Shown here: positions 48,512 to 58,700 of the stretch, in pieces
Position numbering within the stretch: the stretch's first letter is position 1
Layout of the letters: every line of letters begins with the position of its first letter
IMG/VR virus record: IMGVR_UViG_3300023179_004209
Coordinates: 103,832-167,831 of that record
Direction: 5' to 3' (one strand)
Length of the DNA: 64,000 nucleotides
Source: a virus
Taxonomy: Duplodnaviria; Heunggongvirae; Uroviricota; Caudoviricetes
Notes under the pieces: model-generated
The model's input: only the letters and a program-made list of their open reading frames with translations
Databases searched by the model: none
Told to the model about the DNA's origin: nothing
Made by a program: the position numbers and the translations under genes

Positions 48512-49277
48512 ATGGTTTTAAAAATGTTTTATCAAATACTGTTATAGCTTTATTATATGAACGAGTTGTTTCATCCAATGTATTGTCGGTAAATTGCCAG
48601 TTCCAAAACAATTCATTTGGTGTTTTGAATCCAAAAAATTGAAGTACTTCTTTTTGTGTTTCTGTTACATCTTTACCGTTCCAATTTTGCCCAGTTGCAA
48701 TAAAACCCGCATCAATGTCTTTTACTATATTTTTTTCTCCCAAATTACTATGTCTATTTTCAATCCAAGTTAATCTTTCAATTAATTTTTGATAATAACC
48801 ATTTGCTTGTCCCCATCTTATACTAGCAAAAAATAAAACGGTATCACTTTCAAATAATTCTTTACTTATTTTCCATAATTCATCATTCTTTTCATTTATG
48901 CTAGCCCAACAACGATGATATCCACTTGGATTCTTTTCTTTGTCTTTTAATAGTGCTTTTGCAGTTCCACAATGATTGCCACCAAATTCTCTATTACTAC
49001 TTACATTTCCTTCACATGGAAATATATTTAGTTTGGTAGTGTCTATAAGAGTTACCTTTTCTTTACCCAATAAGTCTTGGATTTTAGTAGCTAGTTGGTT
49101 GCTTTTAGGTACATCTTCTTTATGTTGTGACCATCTATTACTGGTAGTCAATAATAGTACTTTATTCTTATTCCTTAAATAATCAATGGTTTTCTTATAC
49201 TTTTTCGCATAAAAATCCATATCTTGTTCACTAGAAGGCATTTGTGCTTCTAATAATAAGTCAGTTAGCTTAATCAT
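48495..49277 (-). CDS. Flavodoxin-fold NAD(P)H-dependent FMN reductase / WrbA-Isf-like protein
   Basis: 'LLLTTSNR..S..LA', 'LNIFPCEG', 'DELWKI..ELFESDTVLFFASIRWG..YQKLIERL'. Confidence 0.8.
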   Translation of the reverse strand: MIKLTDLLLEAQMPSSEQDMDFYAKKYKKTIDYLRNKNKVLLLTTSNRWSQHKEDVPKSNQLATKIQDLLGKEKVTLIDTTKLNIFPCEGNVSSNREFGGNHCGTAKALLKDKEKNPSGYHRCWASINEKNDELWKISKELFESDTVLFFASIRWGQANGYYQKLIERLTWIENRHSNLGEKNIVKDIDAGFIATGQNWNGKDVTETQKEVLQFFGFKTPNELFWNWQFTDNTLDETTRSYNKAITVFDKTFLKPYDKAE

Positions 49278-49284
49278 CGTACAA

Positions 49285-49292
49285 TATAAATA
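49285..49292 (-). promoter_or_regulatory. TATTTATA late-gene motif
   Basis: Exact match after the sheath terminator, 7 nt before the ATG at 49277. Confidence 0.72.
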
Positions 49293-49304
49293 GATTTAAC
49301 AAAG

Positions 49305-49334
49305 AAAAAACCCCACTTATTTCTAAGTGGGGTT
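49305..49334 (-). terminator. Intrinsic terminator after the tail sheath gene
   Basis: Stem AACCCCACTTA / TAAGTGGGGTT with an A-run at 49305-49310. Confidence 0.85.
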
Positions 49335-49350
49335 CACTGTTTAGCGTTGT

Positions 49351-52300
49351 TTAACCATTAGGGAAGGTTGCGCCTGTTGGTAGAATGTTGAAGTCAAGTA
49401 CGATGAATTCAGCAGTCTTAGTTGGTTGTAGATAGATTTGACCGTATAGGATATTTCTGTCAACCAAATCAGGAGTATTGTTTGTATCATCCATTACAAC
49501 TTGGAAAGCGTACAATCCACTACGTTGTTGTACAGATTCCAAATATGGATTTACGATACTCAAGAAACGGTTTCTTGTAGCTGCTACATTTTGTTCGAAT
49601 ACCAAGAACTTACTGCTACTTGCAATGAACTTCTTGAGTGCGATTAACAATCTACGAACATTGATTCTATCAAGAGCACTTGGTTGAATTTGAAGTGTCT
49701 TTTGACCCCATACGCAGATACCTTGACCAGGGAATGCTGCGATTGGATTTACACGACCTTCATACAATGTATCTCTTTCACTATGAGTTGTTCTATCAAG
49801 AACTTGAACTGCTTGTGCAATTCCACCACGATTTAAACCAGCTGGAGCGAACCATTCAGCAGCAGCATTGTCGTTAGCAGCATAAACTGCTGGCATTACT
49901 ACTGAAGGAGGTACACTTACAATCTTGTTTAAGTTTGTATCTAGAATTTTAACCCATGGATAATATGTAGAAACATAACTACTATCAATTGTAGATACAT
50001 CATTTACTGCTGCATCAATCAATCCTACTGTTTGATTACTTGATGGGAAGACGATATTATCCATGATGTAGAAACAATCACCACGGGCTTCGCACATATC
50101 TGTTACCAAATCGGTAACATAACTGTGTTGTTCGTGGAAAATGCCTGGTGTAACGATCAAATTGATGTCAAATTCATCGGCATTTCCAAGAGCACCTACA
50201 CATTGTTTGTAAGCGATTGAACCTGCACTATTGATATTTGTACAATTCAAACCTTGAGTATTACCTGCGATAATATCCGATCCAACATTGATTGGAATTG
50301 CTGGTGATTGACCGTCAAATCCACCTTGGAATCCTACTACAAACTTACGCATCTTAACATATGTAGCTTCGTTAGTTGCATCATATGTTGAAGGAATACT
50401 ACCACTCAATGAAGCAGCAAGTAGTGAACCAGTTCCCATATAAGTTGAACTTGTTGATTCCAAATCAAATGCGATATTATATCCTACAGTAGCACCAAAT
50501 GGTAGAGGAGCAAAATATTGTTCTGTATCAACCTTTACTCCTGCATTTGCAGAACTAGTTGGATATAGAGCAGTCAATTCACTATCAGCACCTAGTGGAA
50601 TATCACTCATTACGGTACCGGATGGATATTTACCTGGAGCCATTCCATAAATACTTGCTTTGCTATATTGTACCACTGGAACATAATTTCCAATTGTACC
50701 TCCAAGTGGAGTAACATAAGCTTCATTACCATAAGGAACAGCAGATACTGGATATGGTACAGTAGCCATTTCAATTCTTACATACTTACTCAAGTTTGTA
50801 TAAGTACCGAATTCAATGATCTTGCCAGCATATGTAATAAAGTTATATCTATCACCAATTCTACGAGCAACAAAGTTTGAAGAATTTGGATCTAGACTCA
50901 AGTTTTGGAAGATTTCCAAATACTTTGGTTTCTTATCAGTATCACTATAAGATCTTACAGCAAGTGTGAATGAACCCCAATCACTTCCTGCAACAGTGCC
51001 AGACAATTTAACATTACTGATTTCAATCTTATATTGTTTATTTGTATTTGTACCATCACTCAAAGTATGTACTTTGAACAATTGATATTTTGTTACGGAA
51101 CCAGGATTTGCATTACCACTCCATGGAGCAATTCCTTGTGAAAGAATCCAAGGTGTTGCTGCACTTGTTAGTCCATATTGAGAATCACCAGCATTCAAGT
51201 TTGTTGAGTATTGATCAGTAAACTTCAATACTTCACCAGTTGCGAATGAACTGGATGGTAGATATGCACCATAGACTTTCCAACCTGGATTTCCACTATT
51301 CAATTCATCATTTACTTTTTGAATTGAATCTTCGAATGTCTTATACAAATAAGCTGCTTCAATCTTGGCACCAGAAACTTGATCGTCTTGATTACCAACT
51401 GTTGCATCATTTCCAAATACATTTGTGATGTAATTTGAATCTGCTGGGTTCAATGAGAAATCATAATATCCGATCAAAGAAACATCTTGTGCTAAAACCA
51501 ATTGGAAATTACCTAAAGATGTAGGATCTATAGAACCACTATAATTTCCAGATGTTGCGTTCTTTTGATTTAGTACTGAACCACTAAAACCTGGAGCATT
51601 GAAACTACTATCCAATGTGCCATATTGAGTATTTGCTAATACTGCTAATACTCTTGGTTTGTTAGTTACTGCGGTTGGATTACATGGATCGGCTGGTGTT
51701 GACCAAGAAGCACTGAACGCTCCAGTAATTTTACCAAATGAACCACTAATTACACCCTTTAGGTAAACTTGTGTTCCACATCCAGTTGAAGATCTTAGAG
51801 CAAAAATACTACCACTTACCAATGTAATATTAGTACCAACCAAATTTCCATCAGAATTTGTAATTGTTACACTATTTGCAAGTGAAGCGGAGAAATTTGA
51901 AGTAGTTGATGTAGATTCCGCAATTGCTTGTAATAATTTTTCATAATTGGTATATGCACCATTTCCTTGATAAGAAGATGTTACATGTGATGCAGCAAAT
52001 GATACGGAACCTATAGTGAAACTATAAGTTTGACCACTATTATATAAACTTCCGTTTGGTGAAGTAACACTTAATGTAGTATCATCTGCTGCGGTAGAAT
52101 TGAATTTTGCGGTAAATGTTGCACCAGATATAAATGATAATGTTCCGTTGTCAGTACCACTTCCTGAAATATAGGTAAATGTACTTGAAATATTTGCACT
52201 ATCATATAGTACATATGATGAACCGCTGTTCAAAGCACCAGCAGAACCGCTTCTTGCCCATGTACCTGGTTGTGCCCAAATTACGAATGGGTTAATTTGT

Positions 52301-52602
52301 CTATATCCAGTCAATGCACCTACACGACAAACAGTTACGAATCCTTTTTCATTTAAGTATTCTTTTGCAGTGTATGGACCATAATAAACACCATCAGCAA
52401 CACCGAACTTTTCTTCAAGATCGGCAGTATTAGTGATTAATGTTGGTGCGAAACCAGGACCTTTTGGAAATGGAGCAAGCACTACTGCTCCAATTTCAGC
52501 AACACCTTGTGCTACTCCGCTTAGGTCATTTTCTCTTGTAAATACTCCTGGACTGACTATACGGTCAACAGGACTAAATTTTCCTCCTTCAGTTATTGGC
52601 AT
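49351..52602 (-). CDS. gp18: Contractile tail sheath protein (T4 gp18-like)
   Basis: 'SPGVFTRENDLS', 'YYPWV', 'WFAPAGLNRG', 'WGQKTLQ..SALDRINVRRLL', 'PTKTAEFIVLDF'. Confidence 0.96.
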   Translation of the reverse strand: MPITEGGKFSPVDRIVSPGVFTRENDLSGVAQGVAEIGAVVLAPFPKGPGFAPTLITNTADLEEKFGVADGVYYGPYTAKEYLNEKGFVTVCRVGALTGYRQINPFVIWAQPGTWARSGSAGALNSGSSYVLYDSANISSTFTYISGSGTDNGTLSFISGATFTAKFNSTAADDTTLSVTSPNGSLYNSGQTYSFTIGSVSFAASHVTSSYQGNGAYTNYEKLLQAIAESTSTTSNFSASLANSVTITNSDGNLVGTNITLVSGSIFALRSSTGCGTQVYLKGVISGSFGKITGAFSASWSTPADPCNPTAVTNKPRVLAVLANTQYGTLDSSFNAPGFSGSVLNQKNATSGNYSGSIDPTSLGNFQLVLAQDVSLIGYYDFSLNPADSNYITNVFGNDATVGNQDDQVSGAKIEAAYLYKTFEDSIQKVNDELNSGNPGWKVYGAYLPSSSFATGEVLKFTDQYSTNLNAGDSQYGLTSAATPWILSQGIAPWSGNANPGSVTKYQLFKVHTLSDGTNTNKQYKIEISNVKLSGTVAGSDWGSFTLAVRSYSDTDKKPKYLEIFQNLSLDPNSSNFVARRIGDRYNFITYAGKIIEFGTYTNLSKYVRIEMATVPYPVSAVPYGNEAYVTPLGGTIGNYVPVVQYSKASIYGMAPGKYPSGTVMSDIPLGADSELTALYPTSSANAGVKVDTEQYFAPLPFGATVGYNIAFDLESTSSTYMGTGSLLAASLSGSIPSTYDATNEATYVKMRKFVVGFQGGFDGQSPAIPINVGSDIIAGNTQGLNCTNINSAGSIAYKQCVGALGNADEFDINLIVTPGIFHEQHSYVTDLVTDMCEARGDCFYIMDNIVFPSSNQTVGLIDAAVNDVSTIDSSYVSTYYPWVKILDTNLNKIVSVPPSVVMPAVYAANDNAAAEWFAPAGLNRGGIAQAVQVLDRTTHSERDTLYEGRVNPIAAFPGQGICVWGQKTLQIQPSALDRINVRRLLIALKKFIASSSKFLVFEQNVAATRNRFLSIVNPYLESVQQRSGLYAFQVVMDDTNNTPDLVDRNILYGQIYLQPTKTAEFIVLDFNILPTGATFPNG

Positions 52603-52649
52603 ATGTTAAATTCCTTTCAAATGTAGAAATTTTGATAAAAAAATCTAAA

Positions 52650-52657
52650 TATAAATA
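52650..52657 (-). promoter_or_regulatory. TATTTATA late-gene motif
   Basis: Exact match upstream of the sheath gene, which also has an SD-like GAAAGGA. Confidence 0.68.
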
Positions 52658-52702
52658 TTCCCAAAAAATTCAAGATGTTAATATTTATAAACAATTTTAA
52701 AA

Positions 52703-55700
52703 TTATTGGTATAAAGGAAAAAATCGTCTTCCACTGCCTTCAACATATACGGGCGCCCAACCCCAAAATGTTTTGCTTCCAATACCACTCAAATCTTGAT
52801 TTGTACCGCCTCCATTGATTGTAAATATATAAGCATTTGGATCTGTTAACCCACCACCACCAATACTATAATCACCTTCTCCAATTAAATATAGATTTGG
52901 TATAATTGTTTTATTTTCTAATCCCGGTGTTTTCAAATCAGATACGAATGCACTATATTTCTTTTCGGGATATAATGATGATGTATTATTATAATAAATG
53001 AATGATAAAACCATTTCTTGTGCCGGTGCAAGTGTAATTGATCCTGATTCTTCAATTGATCCACTTCCCGGACCATCGAATCCGGCTACTCCACTCCATT
53101 CTATTTGTTGATAAGGATAAAAATTAATTGTATTATTTGTACTTCCAGAAGATACTAATCTAATACTAAATGAACCTGATTCCGTTGAAGAACTAATATA
53201 TACATTTAAATTGTTGAGTGTATGTAAATGCCAAAAAGAATAGTCTGTGGAACAGGTGATTGAAGATGTAGACCCACTAAAATATGATGATGTAAAAGAA
53301 AACTCTCCTTGTCCTGCTGGTCCTGTTGGCGATGGTATCCAGTAAGTATCGTAGTCATTTGAACTACTCTTTGCTAAAATATAAGATGTAGCTCCACCAG
53401 TTGGTATTCCGTTATTGGCATAACTAGCAGTAGTAGCAAAAGAACTACTAAATGAATAACTTGATGTATTAGAATAACTGGATGAAACAGTATAACTTGC
53501 AGTAATTGCTCTTGATGCACTAATTGCCCAAGAAGCAGTACCATATAAACTAGATGTAATATTATATGAATATATCGATCCTGTAACCGTCAAAGATCCT
53601 GTAATTTCTGCACTTCCAGTAAATGGAAATCCACTTCCTGTTCCACCAGCACTCGCACTAATAGTTACTATTGGACCAGATCCACTAATTATAGTTACTC
53701 CGGGTCCACCAATTATAGAAGTAATATTACCACCACCACTTCCAGATATAATACTTCCAGAAGCAACCGCACTAGAAGTCATTACACAAATTTTCCCAGA
53801 ACTATCATCCCATGTTAAGAAATATTTAAATGGAACAGGACTATTAGATATACAATCTGGACTAATCCAAGTAATACTTGATGTAACAATTAAATTATTA
53901 GTTGAAATCGTCGTACTACTTCCTATATCCGGAGGAGAACTACTACCAGATGGATCAAAAACTTGAACGGTTCTTAAATTAGTATAAGAAAGATTTGAGT
54001 TTACATCATACAGTTCAGATTTTATTTCAAATACTTCATTCGCTACATTTATTGGAAACGGAACTTTTACATAATAAGCATTTCCAGTATATCCATACAA
54101 TTCAGAAACTTTTATTGATAAATCAGAAACAATTATTTGTTTGATATTTTCAGGATAAACAACTAAAGTTCCATAAAGATCTTCAGGAAATTTAAATTCA
54201 AAATTTTGTTTTTGATCAAAATATTTTCCAGTTGTACTTCCACTGTAAGCAAATTCTGCAATTAATACACCACGATTTGGATCGTATCCTATATTTTTAT
54301 TTACACTTGGCAATGAACTAGTAATATAAAACTTTAATTTGGCAGTTGCAGAGGAATCTTTTTCTACCACCGATGTTCTAAACGAAAATACATAATCGGT
54401 ATCTTTATAAAAACTTAAAAAATTGCTGTCATAATTAGACCCTGATTGAGCAGCTTGTTGATTTGCATTATATGGCAAATAAGAAACATTTCTGTTTGTA
54501 AATGATGTATTTGCTTTTACAATTGCATATGTACCATTTAAATTACTACCTGATATTTTTAAACCATCAACAAATGTTTGATTATCATATTTTAAACTTA
54601 AATCATTTGAGCTTGTAAACCAAAAATTATTTATGTGAAATTGACTAAAAAATACACCCAATCTTTCAAACGCTTTATTTGGTGTAACAGGATCTCTTAA
54701 TATTTCAGTATCGCCAAATGTTTCATCAATTACCGATTCAAAATCACCAAGAGTTCTTAAACTTTTTCTATAAACTTTATGTTTTGCTGGTTTACCTGTA
54801 AAGGTATTTATATTTTTATAAATTATCTTTGCATAAGAAAACTTCTTATATTGTTTTGCACCACTTAATCCCAAAGATTCTTGTAAATAAGAGGAAGATA
54901 AAAATAAATTGGAGTTATAAGTAATGTCATTATAAACAATTTTATAATTACCACTTGTAATTGTAGCAACTTTATTATTATAAGTAAATGGTGTATCTAA
55001 AATTAATGTTGTAGTGTTTAATACATCTTTAATTAAAAATGAAGAAGTCGTATTAATACTGATTTCATTTAAACTAGCATAATCTCTAATTTTATTTACA
55101 TATAATTGTATCTGAAAATTCTTTAAACTTGAACTAAAATTAGCGGTTCCATCAATTATTCTATAATCTACCAAATTTTTTCTATATCCAAACTTTTGAA
55201 TGTCAAAATCAGCTTTAGGTTGTACTGCGGTTGATAAAAAACTACCTGTAATTGTTTTTGGATTATTTTCTACAGAAGAAGAAACTGCATAAGATAATAT
55301 TGGTTCAACTTCAATTAATGGTTGATTGTAGAATCTGATTTTTGAATCGGTAACTTTATTAACATTTATATTAATATTAGCAGACCATCTTACTGTTTTA
55401 TTATCTACAGTTGTAGAAACTAAAATTATCTTTCCTGAACCAATTGAGTTTTGTTCATAAACATAAATTGATAATACAATAATTCTTTTATTAGTTAATT
55501 GGTCAACACTAACAGCCTTTTCTATAAAAAGTGGTACACCGTTACTATCAAATGCTTCGGTAAGTATTTCAGCACCAATTTTAAGTTTGTCACTTCCATT
55601 AATTACCAACGCATTTTTCCCCACAGAGAATTCTGGTGAAAACTCTGTGAGGTTAAAATATTCAGATAAGTATGTCTTATCTTCTATATTAACGGTTTGA

Positions 55701-55741
55701 CTTGATAAACCTAAAATTTGACCTGTCTTTATGCTGGGCAT
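52703..55741 (-). CDS. Large virion structural protein (1012 aa) with a fibre-like C-terminal part
   Basis: Beta-rich; GFPFTGSAEITGSL and TASYA repeats shared with the ORF at 1-1101. Confidence 0.65.
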   Translation of the reverse strand: MPSIKTGQILGLSSQTVNIEDKTYLSEYFNLTEFSPEFSVGKNALVINGSDKLKIGAEILTEAFDSNGVPLFIEKAVSVDQLTNKRIIVLSIYVYEQNSIGSGKIILVSTTVDNKTVRWSANININVNKVTDSKIRFYNQPLIEVEPILSYAVSSSVENNPKTITGSFLSTAVQPKADFDIQKFGYRKNLVDYRIIDGTANFSSSLKNFQIQLYVNKIRDYASLNEISINTTSSFLIKDVLNTTTLILDTPFTYNNKVATITSGNYKIVYNDITYNSNLFLSSSYLQESLGLSGAKQYKKFSYAKIIYKNINTFTGKPAKHKVYRKSLRTLGDFESVIDETFGDTEILRDPVTPNKAFERLGVFFSQFHINNFWFTSSNDLSLKYDNQTFVDGLKISGSNLNGTYAIVKANTSFTNRNVSYLPYNANQQAAQSGSNYDSNFLSFYKDTDYVFSFRTSVVEKDSSATAKLKFYITSSLPSVNKNIGYDPNRGVLIAEFAYSGSTTGKYFDQKQNFEFKFPEDLYGTLVVYPENIKQIIVSDLSIKVSELYGYTGNAYYVKVPFPINVANEVFEIKSELYDVNSNLSYTNLRTVQVFDPSGSSSPPDIGSSTTISTNNLIVTSSITWISPDCISNSPVPFKYFLTWDDSSGKICVMTSSAVASGSIISGSGGGNITSIIGGPGVTIISGSGPIVTISASAGGTGSGFPFTGSAEITGSLTVTGSIYSYNITSSLYGTASWAISASRAITASYTVSSSYSNTSSYSFSSSFATTASYANNGIPTGGATSYILAKSSSNDYDTYWIPSPTGPAGQGEFSFTSSYFSGSTSSITCSTDYSFWHLHTLNNLNVYISSSTESGSFSIRLVSSGSTNNTINFYPYQQIEWSGVAGFDGPGSGSIEESGSITLAPAQEMVLSFIYYNNTSSLYPEKKYSAFVSDLKTPGLENKTIIPNLYLIGEGDYSIGGGGLTDPNAYIFTINGGGTNQDLSGIGSKTFWGWAPVYVEGSGRRFFPLYQ

Positions 55742-55747
55742 ATATAC

Positions 55748-55755
55748 TATAAATA
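55748..55755 (-). promoter_or_regulatory. TATTTATA late-gene motif
   Basis: Exact match 6 nt before the ATG at 55741. Confidence 0.7.
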
Positions 55756-55769
55756 TATATACCCATCAA

Positions 55770-58700
55770 TTATACATAATTAACTTTAGAGAACCCGTTT
55801 TCTTTCTTAATTTCAAGTCTATTGTCAACCATGTCCCTCATACTATCCAAATGACTGATAATCCATACAAAATCAAAATTAGTCTTTAAGAACGCAAATA
55901 AAGCACCCATAGATGATAAGTTATCAGCATCTGCACATCCAAATCCTTCATCTATAGCTATAAAATTGGGTCTTGGTAGATTACTAATGTTAATTAACGC
56001 TACTCTCATGGCCAACGAACTAACAAATCGTTCCATACCACTCGCTAATTCTAGTGGCCAGCGTTTATCTTCATAATTAATATGTGTAGTTACATTTTTA
56101 CCATCAGTCTGTAAGATTACCGTAAATTCAACTATTTGGTTTAATATATTATTTACTTCCTTCTCAATCGTTGGAAGAGCCTGACTAATCAATTCATATG
56201 GAATACCATCTCTGGAGATGGCATTTGTATATAATTGATATGCTTCATATTCAACTTCAAGTACTTTTACGTCTTCAATTGACTTTTGAATTGTCTTTCT
56301 TTGTTCTTCCAATCCAGAAATCTTAGTATTATAACTAATAATGTTATTGTTTACATTCTTAATTTCAAAATCGATTGTTTTGATATTAGACTTAATAACA
56401 TCAATTGTTTCTTTAATTGTCTTATTGAATTCAATTGCATCCTTGTTATTATAATATTCTTCAATCTGATTTTCAATATTAATAAGATTGTTCTGGTCAG
56501 AACTAATCTTATTTGATATTTTTAAAATTTCATTATTTAACTTATTGATTTTAGATTGCGTTTCAACATGCAATTTATGTGTATCATTATATTTTTTCCA
56601 ATCATCTTTTATATAAGATAATTCATTTACTTTCTTTTTGATATTCGTATATTCCCCAACAAGATTTTGAGCTTCAACTTTATCTGATTCAAGTTCTTCT
56701 CTTGTTTTAATTGCATCTTTAACGAATACATTGGTTGTACAAAAAGTACAATTTGGATCATACTTATGTTCTTCCAACTTTTTTAGTTTCTGCAATTTGG
56801 ATGTAACAACAATCTTTTTCTTTTCAATGAATTGTTCTTTTTGACTCAATGAATTTTCCAATTCTTTAAGTGATTCATACTTAGTTGTAATATCTACAGC
56901 ATCATAATTCTTTATGATTTCATCGTATTCTTTAAATGTAGATTCAATAGATGATAATTGATTTTTATAAGAATCTAAACTAGATGATTGTATTGATATA
57001 GAATTACTCAACGAAACTTTATTTGATTCAAGAGATACAATATCAACAATGTTACCATTAACATTGATAATTTTCTTTGTTTCTTCCAAAAGTCTTTCAT
57101 TTTCAGATTCTCTTTTATCTGTTAGTTTTTCTAAATTAACATTTTCATTTCTTAACGAACCAGAAAAGTTCTCAATGTCAGAATTTAAATTTAATAACTT
57201 TTGAGTATAATCAGTATTCTTAAAATTCTTCAATAATGAATTGATTTCTTTGGTTTTATCAGACGCATCATTATATAAACTATCAAATACGGTAAGTCCC
57301 ATAAATTGAGCCAACAGATCTTTTCTTTCTGTTTGACCCATATCTACAAATGAACCTACTTTATTATTCTGAATACTCAATACAGTTAAAATAAAGTCAT
57401 CATAAGTACCAACATAATCACGGATAATGTCATTGGTACTTCTACGAGCCTCTCCGTTAAGTTCTATAACTTTACCGCCCTCTTCTTTCCAGAACTTAAC
57501 ATCTACTTTAACATTACCTTTCTTATCAGCATTGCCTTTTCTTTCAATATAAAAATCTACACCGTTAACTTCAAAGTTAAACTTACAACGGAATGACATC
57601 TTTTGTGTATTAAGAATATGAGATGCCTTAAATGCTCTATCACATTTATCAAAAATACAAAAAGATAAAGCAGACAATATACTTGATTTACCAGATGCGT
57701 TATTAGCAAATAATCCAACTACATTATGCATTTTGGTAAAGTCAATAACATTGTCTTCACCATAGCTAAACATATTATCAAATTCAAACTTCTTTGGTTT
57801 CCATCTGATATTTCTTACGACAGATTCTTTTTCCAAAGATGCATTTAAATCTTTGTTGATTTTATAAATCTTATCTAGTGTATCCTTCGTTGGATTAAAA
57901 TTCTTATTGTTAAGATATTCCGTAATTAATTTATTTTGATAATCAATATCTGATACATCATTCAAATTAAAATTGGTATTATCAATAATATTACTAGATG
58001 ATGAATTTGGTGAATCTACACGGACATACGCCACTTCTGTGACATCAGATTTTTCTCTGATTGTTGATAACACAGATTTAACTTCAGTAGCAACACTTTC
58101 AAAGCATTTTAATCTCAATCTTGCCTTCTTGGGCATATCAGAAATGTCAGTAAGCAATTTTCCTCTGCTTATTTCAGCTGTATAAAAACCATAATCATTT
58201 GGAATTTCAAAATGTTTGAATACTTTAGTCTTTAAATCCCAGAATACAAATCCATGTCCTTTTAGTTCTTCTCCATGATTCTGTTGAATTAGTGAACCTA
58301 CGTAAACAATGATTGGGTCAGATTGACTTAAAACTTGATGTCTATGAATATCTCCTAGTAGTACAATGTCATGACCATCAAAAATTTCATTTGTAATGGT
58401 TCTACTTGCAACTTTATATCCTACATCAGTAATTGCATTATTTACTGGACCATGAAATAGAGCAATCTTGTAACGGGTTTCATTTAGATATATTTTTGGA
58501 ATATCCTTGAACTTGATGTACTTATCTGGTTCGTCAAATACACTATAGTGATTGAATAAAATGTCTCCGAGAATATAAAGACCTGAATCTTTCAGATAAA
58601 ATAAATTCGTGTGATTAATTGCGTCAACAATGGGACTTAGACTATCTAATCTATTTTTATTAGCCAAAGTAGCATCGTGATTACCAGCGATTAATACAGT

